A program made the position numbers and the translations under genes. Source: Thermodesulfobacteriota bacterium (GTDB taxonomy: Bacteria; Desulfobacterota_D; UBA1144; Nemesobacterales; JAJCZQ01). Taken from it: a DNA stretch of 64,000 nt. The notes beneath the pieces were generated by a model. The model was not told where the DNA came from. It saw nothing but the letters and a program-made list of their open reading frames with translations, and searched no databases. The stretch lies in assembly GCA_965203965.1 (NCBI GenBank), contig CBDBDR010000017.1, forward strand, positions 576,001-640,000. Reading direction: 5' to 3'. Shown in pieces: positions 31,657 through 45,244 of the stretch (its first letter is position 1; the number at the start of each line of letters is the position of its first letter).

Positions 31657-32883
31657 CTATTTCCCTACCAGATGTTTTGGGAAATCAGAGATCTTTTCAC
31701 AGCCTATCTGCTCCATAACCTGCCTTAGCTGTATTTTGAAAATAGAAATAGTATGCTGCCCACCTTCTTTACCAAGTGCCCCAACACCATACATAAAAGC
31801 TCTTCCCATAAATGCAAAATCCGCACCGCAGGCAAGAACCCTGGCAATATCAGCACCAGACCTGATACCGCTGTCCATCATAATTTTTATCTTGTTCCCG
31901 TATAAGGGATACACTGCCTTTAGAACTTCTATAGTAGATTGTCCGGCATCAAGTTGCCTTCCTCCGTGGTTTGAGATGATTACCCCGTCAAACCCCAATT
32001 TTATTGCCTTTTCGGTATCTTCCTCACTTGCGACGCCTTTGAGCACTAACTTGCCCTTCCACATATCACGAATACGCGATACGTTCTCCTCGTTTAGTCT
32101 TCCGGAAAAAGTTTCATTCATGAACCGTCCCAAACCTCTTAGATCAAGTCCCTTGGGCATGTAAGGGATTAAAGTTTCAAATTTTGGTTGACCGTGTATA
32201 AGAGTGTTAATTGCCCATGCGGGTTTACCGATCATCTGAGCAACGTTTTTGATCGTCATTCTAGGAGGCATAGCAAGACCGTTTTTTATATCTTTTGGTC
32301 TGTATCCAAAAGTAGGAACATCACACAAAACCACAAGTACTTTACATCCTGAATCTTCTGCCCTTTTTATTATCTTATCCCTCATTTCACGTTCGGTTGG
32401 GTTGTATAATTGAAACCAAAATCTACCCTCGGTGATCTCGCTTATTTTCTCTATGCTACTTGTGCTTACCGTGCTTAAAATAAACGGCGAGTTATGATCA
32501 TAAGCCGCTCTTGCAAGTATGTTTGCAGAATCAGGCCAGATAAGTCCCTGAAGTCCAATAGGTGAGATACCAAAAGGGGCATCATAAGTATTGCCAAACA
32601 ACTCGGTGCTCATATCCGAACCTTTATATTCATTCAGATATACAGGTTTAAGTTCAACTTTGCTTATATCGGAGTTGTTTTTCTGCAGATTTATTTCCTC
32701 ATTGCATCCCCCATCTAGATATTCAAACGCAAACTTCGGCATCCTGACCCTTGCTCTTTCCCGTAAGTCTTCAACGGTAGGATAGTTTGTATTGTAATTC
32801 AGCTTCATGCCTTCAGTTTCAACTTGGTGAACGTTAGAACTGTTTGAACTGTGATCATGTTTCATCTCTTTATCCCCGATCAA
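31657..32883 (-). CDS. FMN-dependent alpha-hydroxy-acid oxidase/dehydrogenase (LldD-like); real start may be downstream
   Basis: EYLDGG, WFQLY, LVLKG, SNHGGRQLD, DSGIRSG, GRAFMY. Confidence 0.92.
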   Translation of the reverse strand: MIGDKEMKHDHSSNSSNVHQVETEGMKLNYNTNYPTVEDLRERARVRMPKFAFEYLDGGCNEEINLQKNNSDISKVELKPVYLNEYKGSDMSTELFGNTYDAPFGISPIGLQGLIWPDSANILARAAYDHNSPFILSTVSTSSIEKISEITEGRFWFQLYNPTEREMRDKIIKRAEDSGCKVLVVLCDVPTFGYRPKDIKNGLAMPPRMTIKNVAQMIGKPAWAINTLIHGQPKFETLIPYMPKGLDLRGLGRFMNETFSGRLNEENVSRIRDMWKGKLVLKGVASEEDTEKAIKLGFDGVIISNHGGRQLDAGQSTIEVLKAVYPLYGNKIKIMMDSGIRSGADIARVLACGADFAFMGRAFMYGVGALGKEGGQHTISIFKIQLRQVMEQIGCEKISDFPKHLVGK

Positions 32884-33000
32884 GTGGTTTTTATACTAAC
32901 TACCATTATCGCAATAAATCAAGATAATTATGAGAGGATTTAACCATAAAATTGAATAAATAACAGGATAAAGTAGTTTAATAATCTGGGAATAAATTTC

Positions 33001-34722
33001 ATGAAATTATCCAATTATTTTATACCAACATTAAAAGAAAACCCCGCCGATGCAGAAATAATCAGTCATAAACTTATGATACGTGCGGGCATGATACGAA
33101 AGCTGGCTGCTGGTATCTATGACTATCTACCTCTTGGGCTTAAATGTATAAAAAAAGTAGAGAACATAGTTAGAGAGGAGATGAACAGGGCTGGAGCCAT
33201 TGAACTTCTTATGCCTTCTGTATTGCCAGCAGAGCTCTGGAAAGAAAGTAAAAGATGGGATTTTTACGGAAAAGAATTGTTAAGGTTCAAGGATCGTGCC
33301 GAGAGGGATTTTTGTATAGGTCCCACCCATGAAGAAATAATCACCGACGTTGTCAGAAAAGATATACGCTCCTATAAACAGCTACCCATAAATCTATACC
33401 AGATCCAGACAAAGTTCAGAGATGAGATTAGACCACGTTTTGGGGTGATGCGCGCAAGGGAATTTATAATGAAAGATGCCTACAGTTTTGATGCCACCGA
33501 TGAAGCTGCCGACAGATCCTACGTGCTCATGTATGAGGCATACAATAATATCTTTGAAAGATGTGGGCTTGAATTCAGAGCAGTCCTTGCCGACACGGGC
33601 AACATAGGAGGGAGTTTCTCCCATGAATTTATGGTGCTTGCACCAACTGGTGAAGACGTGATTATGAGCTCAACGGGATCGGATTATGCAGCCAACCTTG
33701 AGCTTGCGGAAATTGGTATTACCGATGATGAAAAAGAAGGTGAGAGGCATAGAAATAACTTGGAAGTTTTAACTGAAATAAGCACGCCAGATATGAAAAC
33801 CGTTGAAGAAGTAGCCAAAAACCTTGACGTTACAAACGACAGGTTAATAAAAACGCTAATTGTTCATACTGATAAAGAACCTGTTGCCGCTCTGGTCAAA
33901 GGTGACGCGGAACTCAGTTTAGCAAAGTTAAAAAAGACGATCGGTGCGGAATTTATAGAACTCGCAAGCCCGGAAACTATAAGAGAGTTTACAGGTGGAC
34001 CGCTCGGATTTAGCGGTCCCGTTGGTATGAAGAGAAAAATAAGGATAATCGCAGACAAATCCCTGCGAAATGTTCGGAACATGGTTACCGGGGCAAATAA
34101 GGAAGATAAGCATATAAAAGGTGTCAATCCGGGAAGGGATTTTGAAGCGGATATTTATGCTGATATTCGCGTCGCAAAGGACGGTGATAAATGCCCGGTT
34201 TCAAAAAACGGCACGCTGAAATCAACAAGGGGCATTGAAGTGGGACACGTTTTTAAACTCGGAACCAAATACAGCGAAGCTATGAACGCAACCTTCTCGG
34301 ATGAAAATGGAAAAGAAAAACCTTTTATAATGGGTTGTTACGGAATAGGTATTGGTAGAACAGTGGCAGCCGCGATTGAGCAGGGTAACGATGAAGCGGG
34401 AATTAAGATCCCCCCTTCAATAGCACCTTTTGAAATCTGTATTGTTCCCACTAATCTGAAAAATAAAAAGGTGAAATCCGTATCTGAAAAAATTTATGAA
34501 AGCCTGAAAAAAAACGGTTTTGACGTGCTTATTGATGATCGTAATGAAAGTGCAGGAGTTAAGTTTAAAGACGCCGATCTTATAGGAGTTCCTCAACAAG
34601 TGATCGTTGGTCCCAGAACTCTTGAAAATGAAGAAGTAGAGTTGAAAAACAGAATGACCGGGGAGTCACAAAGAGTAAAGATTGATGAGGTTGTTGGGGA
34701 AGTTAATAAATTATTAAGTTAA
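33001..34722 (+). CDS. proS: proline--tRNA ligase (bacterial type with editing domain)
   Basis: GPTHEE, QTKFRDEIRPRFG, GIEVGHVF, MGCYGIG. Confidence 0.98.
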   Translation: MKLSNYFIPTLKENPADAEIISHKLMIRAGMIRKLAAGIYDYLPLGLKCIKKVENIVREEMNRAGAIELLMPSVLPAELWKESKRWDFYGKELLRFKDRAERDFCIGPTHEEIITDVVRKDIRSYKQLPINLYQIQTKFRDEIRPRFGVMRAREFIMKDAYSFDATDEAADRSYVLMYEAYNNIFERCGLEFRAVLADTGNIGGSFSHEFMVLAPTGEDVIMSSTGSDYAANLELAEIGITDDEKEGERHRNNLEVLTEISTPDMKTVEEVAKNLDVTNDRLIKTLIVHTDKEPVAALVKGDAELSLAKLKKTIGAEFIELASPETIREFTGGPLGFSGPVGMKRKIRIIADKSLRNVRNMVTGANKEDKHIKGVNPGRDFEADIYADIRVAKDGDKCPVSKNGTLKSTRGIEVGHVFKLGTKYSEAMNATFSDENGKEKPFIMGCYGIGIGRTVAAAIEQGNDEAGIKIPPSIAPFEICIVPTNLKNKKVKSVSEKIYESLKKNGFDVLIDDRNESAGVKFKDADLIGVPQQVIVGPRTLENEEVELKNRMTGESQRVKIDEVVGEVNKLLS

Positions 34723-34742
34723 GTTCCACTCGCGGAATAATA

Positions 34743-35436
34743 ATGCTAAAGAAGGAAACCATAAAAAAGAAGGAAACCATAAAAAATATTTTGAAAGAAT
34801 TGGCACAGAAAAGGCCTGTTTCCCATTCAGAAGCAGATTTTCAATCTGCACTCGCTGGGGAGATAAAAAAGCAACAAAAATGTTTCAACATTGATGTTCG
34901 CCTTGAGTTTCCGTACCCGCTGAGGGGAGATAAGCGGGAGTACGCTGACATCAAGATCCTGCAGCGAAGCACCAAAAAAAAACGACCTGAGTGTGGAAAC
35001 AACCGTTATTGAACTGAAATACAAGACACAAGGTATTAAACTGACAGTAGATAATGAAACATTTCCTAATGAAACATTTTCTCTAAAAAACCAATCAGCT
35101 CAACCCCAAGATCTTTATGACTTTTGGAAAGATGTTGAACGCATTGAAGGACAAAATTCAGGTGGTTATGTCATATTACTCACAAACGATAATCAGTACT
35201 GGGAAGAATCTGAAAATAGTAATGTGAAAGATAAAGACTTCCGCTTGCATGATAATCGTGATGTCAATAGCAATGAGTTAAAATGGCAAAATGATCCAGC
35301 AGAAGGAACTATCGAAGGACGAGAAGACCCAATAAACCTGCGCAACAATTATAAAATAGAATGGTGTGATTATTACTCAGACAAGCGAACGACTTTCCGT
35401 TACCTGTTACTTGAAGTTAAAGGCAAACAGAATTAG
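34743..35436 (+). pseudogene. PD-(D/E)XK-like nuclease gene split by a frameshift at an A9 tract (34974-34982)
   Basis: ORF1 has HSEADFQ..LA..RLE..DI, ORF2 has IELKYKT..KNQSAQ..YDFWKD..LLTND; removing one A joins them (TKKNDLSVETTVIELKY). Confidence 0.72.
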
Positions 35437-35495
35437 CATCCTTCCGCAGGAATGACGGAGAGATAGAAGTGGCTACGTTAAACACCATCAACTTC

Positions 35496-38078
35496 TCATC
35501 CTTTAATAAAAACTAACTTCCCCTCATTGTTCAAAAAAACATACACGGTATTCCCTTCCTCAAACTCCCCTTTCAACAACTTTGAAGCCAGAGGATCCTG
35601 AATATATTTTTGTATGGTTCTTTTAAGAGGTCTTGCACCATACACCGGATCATAACCAAGTTCTGCAATATATTCATTTACCTCATCTCTAAGCTCTATC
35701 CCGATGTTTTTCTCAGCCAGCCTTTTCCTCAGATGCCCAATTTGTATACTGACTATTTTTACCAACTGCTCTATGGACAGCGGCTTGAAAATTATTGTCT
35801 CATCAATACGGTTTATAAATTCAGGCTTAAATGAACTTCTTAAAACCTCGTTGACTTTTTTAACCATCTTATCTTCATCGGATAAAAATTCCTGAATGTA
35901 GTGACTTCCCAGATTAGAGGTCATTATTATCACCGTGTTCTTGAAATCTACGGTTCTACCCTGTCCATCCGTAAGTCTTCCGTCATCAAGGATCTGTAGC
36001 AATATATTGAAAACGTCATTGTGTGCTTTCTCAATCTCATCAAACAGTATCACGGAATAGGGACGTCTCCTCACGGCTTCGCTCAACTGACCACCCTCTT
36101 CATAACCAACGTATCCGGGAGGTGCACCCATTAACCTTGAAACCGAGTGCTTTTCCATATACTCACTCATATCAACCCTGATCATTGCATGCTCATCATC
36201 AAACATAAACTCTGCAAGTGCCCTTGCAAGTTCGGTTTTACCCACACCCGTCGGGCCAAGAAATACAAATGAACCTATTGGCTTATTTGGATCCGATAAG
36301 CCCGAACGCGATCTCCTCAGTGCATTTGATACCGCCTTAATGGCTTCGGTCTGTCCGATCACTCTCTGGCTGAGTTTGTCCTCCATGTGAACCAGTTTTT
36401 CAACCTCACCTTCTATAAGTTTGGAAACGGGAATGCCAGTCCATTTGGAAACAATTGAAGCAACGTCTTCGGCTTCAACTTCCTCTTTGAGCATCTTTTT
36501 CTCTTTTTGTAGTTCGGAAAGTTTAAGACTGTTATCCTCAATCTCTTTATTCATTTTAGGCAGTTCTCCATAAAGAAATTCCGACGCTTTTGACAGATCT
36601 CCTTCCCGCTGTGCTTTTTCGGCGTTGGTTTTTTGCCGTTCTATCTTTTCTTTGATGCTACGGATGTTTGTTATAAGCTCTTTTTCTCTATGCCAGTGTG
36701 ATTTGAGAGTTCCCGATTCTTCCTTCAAATTCGCTATATTCTCCTCAATGGATTTCAACTTTTCTTTTGCAGCTTTATCCTTCTCTTTTTTTAGCCCTTC
36801 TCTTTCAATTTCCAACTGCAAGATCTTTCGCTCAACTTCATCTATCTCGGTTGGCATTGAGTCAATTTCCATTTTCAGTTTGGCTGCTGCTTCGTCAATA
36901 AGATCAACCGCTTTATCAGGCAGAAATCTCCCGGAGATGTACCTGCTGGAAAGAACACCCGCTGAAATAATTGCTTCATCTTTTATTTTGACACCGTGAT
37001 GAACTTCGTATTTTTCTTTCAATCCACGCAGAATTGATATTGTGTCTTCCACTGAAGGTTCATTAACGAACACCTGTTGAAATCTCCTCTCAAGTGCAGC
37101 GTCTTTTTCAATATATTTTCTATACTCGTCAAGAGTGGTTGCACCAATACAGTGCAATTCTCCCCTTGCAAGAGCAGGTTTTAGCATATTTGAAGCATCA
37201 AGCGAGCCTTCGGCACCGCCGGCACCAACGACAGTGTGAATTTCATCAATAAAAAGAACTATCTCACCCTGCGACTCAGATACTTCCTTCAACACGGCTT
37301 TCAGCCTTTCTTCAAACTGACCTCTGTATTTTGCACCCGCAAGTAGTGAACCAATATCCAGTGCTATCAGCCTTTTATTTTTTAATCCATCGGGAACATC
37401 CCCTTTTACAATACGCTGGGCAAGCCCCTCAACAATGGCAGTTTTTCCCACACCTGGCTCCCCTATCAAGACAGGATTGTTCTTTGTTCTTCTCAAAATT
37501 ACCTGTATAACCCTTCTTATTTCATCATCTCTTCCTATAACGGGGTCAATTTTCCCCTGATCCACAAGTTCTGTAAAATCCTTGCCGTATTTTTTAAGAG
37601 ACTGGAAAGTATCTTCTGGTGATTGTGTGTCCACTTTTTGATCCCCCCTGATCTTTTTTAGCACTTCCATTATCGCAGTTTTGGTAATGCCTCTCTTTTT
37701 AAGCCCGTCTTTCAATCCCGCCGGTGCATTTTCTACAATACCAATAAGCAGATGTTCGGTGCTTATATACTCATCATTGAAGGCTTTGGCTTCTTTATCG
37801 GCAGTATTGAAACATTGATTAAGCTCCCTACTTGCATAAACCTGATCGGATCCAGATTCAACCTTAGGAAGTTTTTTAATTTCATCTGATGCCAACTGCC
37901 TGATTTCCTGTATCTTTGATCCAATCCGTTCAATGATCTCCGTGGGAATTCCTGATTCTTCCAATAAAGCAACCATTAGATGAGAAACATCAACTATCTG
38001 GTTCTTTCCGTCTATTGCTATGTTTTGTGCATTAGCAACCGCTTCCTGTGCTCTTATCGTCAGTTTGTCAAACTTCAT
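35496..38078 (-). CDS. clpB: chaperone ClpB
   Basis: Two AAA+ domains ([16 protein letters not shown]), long middle coiled coil, GAPPGYVGY. Confidence 0.98.
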   Translation of the reverse strand: MKFDKLTIRAQEAVANAQNIAIDGKNQIVDVSHLMVALLEESGIPTEIIERIGSKIQEIRQLASDEIKKLPKVESGSDQVYASRELNQCFNTADKEAKAFNDEYISTEHLLIGIVENAPAGLKDGLKKRGITKTAIMEVLKKIRGDQKVDTQSPEDTFQSLKKYGKDFTELVDQGKIDPVIGRDDEIRRVIQVILRRTKNNPVLIGEPGVGKTAIVEGLAQRIVKGDVPDGLKNKRLIALDIGSLLAGAKYRGQFEERLKAVLKEVSESQGEIVLFIDEIHTVVGAGGAEGSLDASNMLKPALARGELHCIGATTLDEYRKYIEKDAALERRFQQVFVNEPSVEDTISILRGLKEKYEVHHGVKIKDEAIISAGVLSSRYISGRFLPDKAVDLIDEAAAKLKMEIDSMPTEIDEVERKILQLEIEREGLKKEKDKAAKEKLKSIEENIANLKEESGTLKSHWHREKELITNIRSIKEKIERQKTNAEKAQREGDLSKASEFLYGELPKMNKEIEDNSLKLSELQKEKKMLKEEVEAEDVASIVSKWTGIPVSKLIEGEVEKLVHMEDKLSQRVIGQTEAIKAVSNALRRSRSGLSDPNKPIGSFVFLGPTGVGKTELARALAEFMFDDEHAMIRVDMSEYMEKHSVSRLMGAPPGYVGYEEGGQLSEAVRRRPYSVILFDEIEKAHNDVFNILLQILDDGRLTDGQGRTVDFKNTVIIMTSNLGSHYIQEFLSDEDKMVKKVNEVLRSSFKPEFINRIDETIIFKPLSIEQLVKIVSIQIGHLRKRLAEKNIGIELRDEVNEYIAELGYDPVYGARPLKRTIQKYIQDPLASKLLKGEFEEGNTVYVFLNNEGKLVFIKG

Positions 38079-38157
38079 GGTCTTAAAATATTAATGAATT
38101 TTGAGGAAGCAAGAGTAAATAAGAAACATCTTCATTCACAAAATGTTAATTAAATAC

Positions 38158-38350
38158 TTGACTTTGACATTGTTCAAACTACCATTATTGTCGCTTAGTT
38201 TCAAAACGAGAACCCGATCTGTCGGGTCTCCATGAATAAAAAACCCAACAGGGAAATAAATGGAACATCCAAAACTCGTTTTGATGACTAAGCAAGGCCC
38301 GACGCCCGTGCGTCAGGGTAAAAAATTTAAGGAGGTGCTTAGTCATCATG
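38158..38350 (+). promoter_or_regulatory. sigma70-like promoter plus structured leader with alternative helices over the start codon
   Basis: TTGACT/TTGACA at 38158-38169 with -10-like TACCAT/TATTGT; 38193-38210 pairs with 38275-38293, or 38282-38294 pairs with 38336-38348. Confidence 0.7.
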
Positions 38351-38824
38351 AGATTTTTTGTTTATCAATTGCTCTTAGCTTTAGTTGTTATATCAGTAAG
38401 TAGTTGTGCAACCATAATAAACAGTAGAACCCAAAGTGTTAGCGTTAACAGTTCGCCCAGTAAAGCTACAGTTAACATAAACGGCGTGTACAAAGGCTTG
38501 ACCCCATTGGTTACAGAGTTAAAAAGAAAGAAGGAACACATTGTAAAAATAAATTTGCAAGGTTATGAACCTTATGAGCTTGCCCTAAATCAAACAGTTT
38601 CCGGTTGGTTAGCAGGAAATATTGTGTTTGGTGGCATAATTGGGTTGGTAGTAGACGCTATGACTGGAGGGATGTACAAATTGGAACCTAACCAGATAAC
38701 TGCAAATTTAACCAAAATGGTTTCTACTTCACAGATTGTTGACGGCAATATCTATATTTCAGTTGTATTGGAACCCAAAGAAGATTGGGTGAAGATAGGA
38801 CAATTAACACCAATCTCCCAATAA
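38348..38824 (+). CDS. PEGA-domain lipoprotein
   Basis: Lipobox VSSC, CATII, SSPSKATVNING..GLTP, GNIVFGGIIG..VDAMTG; AAGGAGG RBS. Confidence 0.85.
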   Translation: MRFFVYQLLLALVVISVSSCATIINSRTQSVSVNSSPSKATVNINGVYKGLTPLVTELKRKKEHIVKINLQGYEPYELALNQTVSGWLAGNIVFGGIIGLVVDAMTGGMYKLEPNQITANLTKMVSTSQIVDGNIYISVVLEPKEDWVKIGQLTPISQ

Positions 38825-39253
38825 AGGCCTGACAAAGAAATATTTCTCTATGGGGGAAAAACTGAAAAATGACCGAGACGTTTTTTAAGTAATTACTTAA
38901 TTTTTCTTGGGGGAATACCTGCCCTCACTTTCAAGGGGTTCAAACGGGAAAAATAATCGCTTGTTAAACACCGTTTAATCCCCATTTAAACCGTCAATAA
39001 TTCCGCCAAAAGACCTCTCTAATCCGCGTTTCTCTGGGGTTTATACTGGAACTTATTTGCTCTTTGCGATTGACTATTTTTTTCTTAGCAATGTCAATAA
39101 GCCTCTCATGATCGTTATCCGTTACGTTACAATCGTAATCTTAGACGTGTTGCAGATGTATGGCGGGTCAAGAAAAAAGAATGTTAACGCACTCTTTGCT
39201 CAAATACTCTGCTCAATTCTTCGAAGTTTTTCATAGGATTAAGCAAATACCAC

Positions 39254-39730
39254 TTACTCTATATCAATAATTATAAACTCCCTTATTCCCCCGGGAGTTC
39301 TTGTTTGCGTGTTGTCATTTACTTCTTTACCGATCAAAGACCTTCCAAGTGGAGACGTAATTGAGATCTTTCCCTCATTTGGATCCGATTCATCTGCACC
39401 TACAAGTTGATACTTTTTTCTCTCACCCGTATCAACGTCCTCAATTGTTACTGTCAGACCGAATACAACCCTGTCCCTGCTTGTTATGCTCTTGGGATCA
39501 ATTACCTCCGCCATCACCAGTTTCGCTTCAAGCTCCCTTATCCTACCTTCAACAAAAGACTGCTTATCCTTTGCCGTTTCATACTCTGCATTTTCAGAAA
39601 GGTCTCCCAGCGATCTGGCATATTCAATTGCTTTGATGACTTCGTGTCTATCAACAGTTTTTAGTTTTTGCAGCTCACTCTGCAAGCTCTTATAACCTTC
39701 CGGTGTCATTGGCACTCTACTTACCGACAT
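39254..39730 (-). CDS. greA: transcription elongation factor GreA
   Basis: [22 protein letters not shown]; start set at ATG 39730 after GGAGG. Confidence 0.97.
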   Translation of the reverse strand: MSVSRVPMTPEGYKSLQSELQKLKTVDRHEVIKAIEYARSLGDLSENAEYETAKDKQSFVEGRIRELEAKLVMAEVIDPKSITSRDRVVFGLTVTIEDVDTGERKKYQLVGADESDPNEGKISITSPLGRSLIGKEVNDNTQTRTPGGIREFIIIDIE

Positions 39731-42700
39731 TTTTTCCTCCATTAGTCGTTTTATAATCTTGTATTGCTTTTACATTAAGTCCTTTCTTAATTAAAACCTC
39801 TATGGCTCCCACACCTGCCTTTGCTCCCGGTATGGTCGTAAAGTAAGGCACGTTATACATAAGGGCAGTTCTCCTGATAGACAAGGATTGTGCCACTTCC
39901 TTTTCTCCAAAAGTCGTATTTACCACAAGTTGAATGCCACCGTTCTTCAAATGATCGGTAACGTCAGGCCTGCCCTCCATCACCTTGTTTATCCTTTTGT
40001 TCTCTATACCGTTATCTGCAAGAAAAGCTGAGGTTCCCTTCGTGCACATCAGCTTAAAACCCAACTCATGCAGTTTTTTTGATACGTTCAACACCACCCT
40101 ATTTTTATCCTCATCCTTAACGCTTATGAACGCTGAACCACTGCGGGGGAGAGTATTTCCAGCCGCAACCTGAGATTTCAAAAAAGCCCCGTTCAGATCA
40201 ACGTCAATTCCCATGACCTCTCCCGTAGACATCATTTCGGGACCCAGCATTGGATCAACTCCCGAAAACCTTACAAAAGGGAACACCGACTCCTTGACGG
40301 AATAATGAGTAGGAATGATCTCTTCAGTATATCCGAGTTCCTTCAATGATTTGCCGGTCATGACCTTTGTTCCGAGATTTGCAAGCGGAACACCTATTGC
40401 CTTACTAATGAACGGTATTGTCCTGCTTGCCCTTGGATTTGCTTCAATCAAGTAAATGGTGCTGTCTTTTATTGCAAATTGAACATTGACAAGCCCCTTG
40501 ACTCCGAGTGCAAGAGCAAGTTCTTTGGTTTGTCTCCTTATCTCTTCAAGGATATTATCCTTAATTGAGAACGGTGGTAATACCATTGCACTATCCCCCG
40601 AATGTATGCCTGCCTCCTCAATATGCTCCAATATTCCCCCTATAACAACGGTCTCACCATCTGAGATCGCATCCACGTCAACTTCCCTTGCATCTTTTAG
40701 AAATTCATCAATAAGAACTGGATGGTCTTGCGATACCTGAACTGCCTCTTTTATATATCTTCCGAGAGCATCCACGCCATACACAACTTCCATTGCCCTG
40801 CCTCCAAGCACGTAAGAAGGTCTCACTATGACGGGGTAGCCGATCCTTTTCGCTATCCTTACGGCTTCGTCTTTACTCCTTGCGATCCCATTCTTAGGCT
40901 GCTTCAGATTTAATTTATGAACTACTTCTCTGAATCTCTCACGATCCTCAGCAAGATCAATACTGTCAGGGGATGTGCCTATAATTTTTATTCCATTTTT
41001 TTCAAGAGGGATTGCAAGTTTCAGAGGAGTTTGCCCTCCAAGTTGCACTATCACACCATCGGGTTTTTCCCTATTCAGTATCTCAAGCGTATCTTCAAGT
41101 GTAAGCGGTTCAAAATATAGACGGTCGGACGTATCATAATCCGTGCTTACGGTCTCTGGATTGCAATTCACCATTATTGACTCATAACCCTCTTCCTTTA
41201 AGGCAAAAGACGCGTGAACACAGCAGTAATCAAACTCTATGCCCTGCCCTATGCGATTTGGGCCACATCCGAGTATGACAACGCTTTTTTTCTCAGTTGG
41301 TGTTGCTTCGCTCTCGGATTCATACGTGGAGTAAAGATAGGGAGTGTATGCCTCAAATTCAGCGGCGCAAGTATCTACCATTTTATAAGCCGGATCAATA
41401 CCAAAATACTTTCTTTTTTCTCTTATTTCATCTTCATTACAACCGAGACAATCAGCCAGATAAATATCCGAATACCCAATCTGCTTGGCTTCTTTCAAAA
41501 TATCCCCGTTCAAACCCTCTATTTTTATCCCCTTTATTTCTGACTCAAAATCAACGATCTGCTTTATATTGTATAAAAACCAGCGATCTACACCGCTCAA
41601 ACCGTATATCTCTTCAAGATCCACACCACGTCTGAAGGCATCAGCTATGAACCATAATCTCTCGGCATTGGGAACTCTCAACTTCTCCTTTATCTTATCA
41701 AGGTCTGAACATTTGGTTTCAAGCCCGTAAGAATCAATCTCAAGAGACCTTATGGCTTTCTGAAGTGATTCCTTGAATGTTCTTCCAATTGACATAACCT
41801 CTCCAACCGACTTCATCATGGTGGTTAGGGTTGGGTCGGCTTGAGGAAATTTTTCAAATGCAAATCTTGGTATCTTTACCACGACGTAGTCAATCGTTGG
41901 TTCAAACGAAGCTGGAGTGTATTTTGTAATATCATTTGATATTTCATCAAGCGTATAACCAACCGCGAGCTTTGCCGCTATCTTAGCGATCGGAAAACCG
42001 GTGGCTTTTGAGGCAAGTGCAGAACTCCGAGACACTCTCGGATTCATCTCAATTATGACCATATCACCGTTTTCAGGGTTAATGGCAAATTGAATGTTGG
42101 AACCCCCTGTGTCAACTCCTATTTCTCTTATTATTTTTATTGAAGCGTCTCTTAACTCTTGATATTCCTTGTCGCTAAGGGTCTGGGTGGGTGCAACGGT
42201 TATGCTGTCTCCGGTATGAACACCCATAGGGGAAAAATTTTCAATTGAGCATATAATCACAACGTTGTCTTTACAGTCCCGCATTACTTCATATTCAAAT
42301 TCCTTCCATCCTATTACGGACTGCTCAACCAGAATTTCTGATACTGGACTCATATCCAAACCCGATTTTGCCTGCTCTGCAAACTCTTCTTTGTTGTATG
42401 CAATGCTCCCTCCAGTACCTCCCAGAGTGAATGAGGGTCTTATTATGATCGGATAGCCCACTTCCTCTGATATTTTCCAAGCCTCATCCATATTGTGGGC
42501 AATACCACTTCTTGGAACTTTCAAACCTATCCTCAGCATCGCGTCCTTAAAAAGCTCTCTGTTCTCGGCTTTCTTTATAGCCTCTAACTTTGCACCGATA
42601 AGTTCAACGTTGTTTTTTGCCAGCACACCGGACTCTGCCAACTCAACGGCAAGGTTCAAAGCAGTCTGACCCCCAAGAGTAGGCAAAAGTGCATCGGGCT

Positions 42701-42944
42701 TTTCAGTTTCTATGATCTTTTCAACTACTTCCGACACAATAGGCTCAACGTAAGTTCTATCCGCAAGGCTCGGGTCGGTCATTATTGTGGCTGGATTGCT
42801 GTTTACAAGTATTACCTTGTAGCCCTCGTCTTTAAGAGCCTTGCACGCTTGAACTCCCGAGTAGTCAAATTCACATGCTTGACCTATCACAATTGGTCCG
42901 GAACCAATGATCAATATACTGTTTAAATCTTCTCTTTTTGGCAT
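39717..42944 (-). CDS. carB: carbamoyl-phosphate synthase large subunit
   Basis: [17 protein letters not shown], duplicated ATP-grasp domains, MGS domain. Confidence 0.99.
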   Translation of the reverse strand: MPKREDLNSILIIGSGPIVIGQACEFDYSGVQACKALKDEGYKVILVNSNPATIMTDPSLADRTYVEPIVSEVVEKIIETEKPDALLPTLGGQTALNLAVELAESGVLAKNNVELIGAKLEAIKKAENRELFKDAMLRIGLKVPRSGIAHNMDEAWKISEEVGYPIIIRPSFTLGGTGGSIAYNKEEFAEQAKSGLDMSPVSEILVEQSVIGWKEFEYEVMRDCKDNVVIICSIENFSPMGVHTGDSITVAPTQTLSDKEYQELRDASIKIIREIGVDTGGSNIQFAINPENGDMVIIEMNPRVSRSSALASKATGFPIAKIAAKLAVGYTLDEISNDITKYTPASFEPTIDYVVVKIPRFAFEKFPQADPTLTTMMKSVGEVMSIGRTFKESLQKAIRSLEIDSYGLETKCSDLDKIKEKLRVPNAERLWFIADAFRRGVDLEEIYGLSGVDRWFLYNIKQIVDFESEIKGIKIEGLNGDILKEAKQIGYSDIYLADCLGCNEDEIREKRKYFGIDPAYKMVDTCAAEFEAYTPYLYSTYESESEATPTEKKSVVILGCGPNRIGQGIEFDYCCVHASFALKEEGYESIMVNCNPETVSTDYDTSDRLYFEPLTLEDTLEILNREKPDGVIVQLGGQTPLKLAIPLEKNGIKIIGTSPDSIDLAEDRERFREVVHKLNLKQPKNGIARSKDEAVRIAKRIGYPVIVRPSYVLGGRAMEVVYGVDALGRYIKEAVQVSQDHPVLIDEFLKDAREVDVDAISDGETVVIGGILEHIEEAGIHSGDSAMVLPPFSIKDNILEEIRRQTKELALALGVKGLVNVQFAIKDSTIYLIEANPRASRTIPFISKAIGVPLANLGTKVMTGKSLKELGYTEEIIPTHYSVKESVFPFVRFSGVDPMLGPEMMSTGEVMGIDVDLNGAFLKSQVAAGNTLPRSGSAFISVKDEDKNRVVLNVSKKLHELGFKLMCTKGTSAFLADNGIENKRINKVMEGRPDVTDHLKNGGIQLVVNTTFGEKEVAQSLSIRRTALMYNVPYFTTIPGAKAGVGAIEVLIKKGLNVKAIQDYKTTNGGKNVGK

Positions 42945-43231
42945 ATCTGTAAATTATTTCAAGAGATGGAAAGGAAACGAGAAACTCCTAAATCATAAGA
43001 TTTATACCTCAAAACGGGTATTGTGGCAACTATATAATGCAGATACTATGGAGTAGCTTTGCAAGCACCTTTGCTTTTCAAAACAAAAATAAATCATTCC
43101 CCTTCCCCTTCTGGTTATGAATCCCTGCTTTCGTATGAATGATGATATATGGGTTGATGTGATGACAAGCCTCATAATAGCCGTTACGTATAACTTTATG
43201 AAACTTGCCATTAAGTTTATTATTCACCTTT

Positions 43232-45133
<1,902 letters not shown>

Positions 45134-45244
45134 TTATATCAGAAAGAACTATTATTAGGCATTATTTTCCTAAGTTATAATTTGAGCCAAAGTTATGTTA
45201 TTTTTACAAACCAAAATATCAGTTTGAAGTATTACAGCTATTTT

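Noticed and set aside
38079..38190. CIRCE heat-shock operator before clpB
   Set aside because: No TTAGCACTC-N9-GAGTGCTAA match
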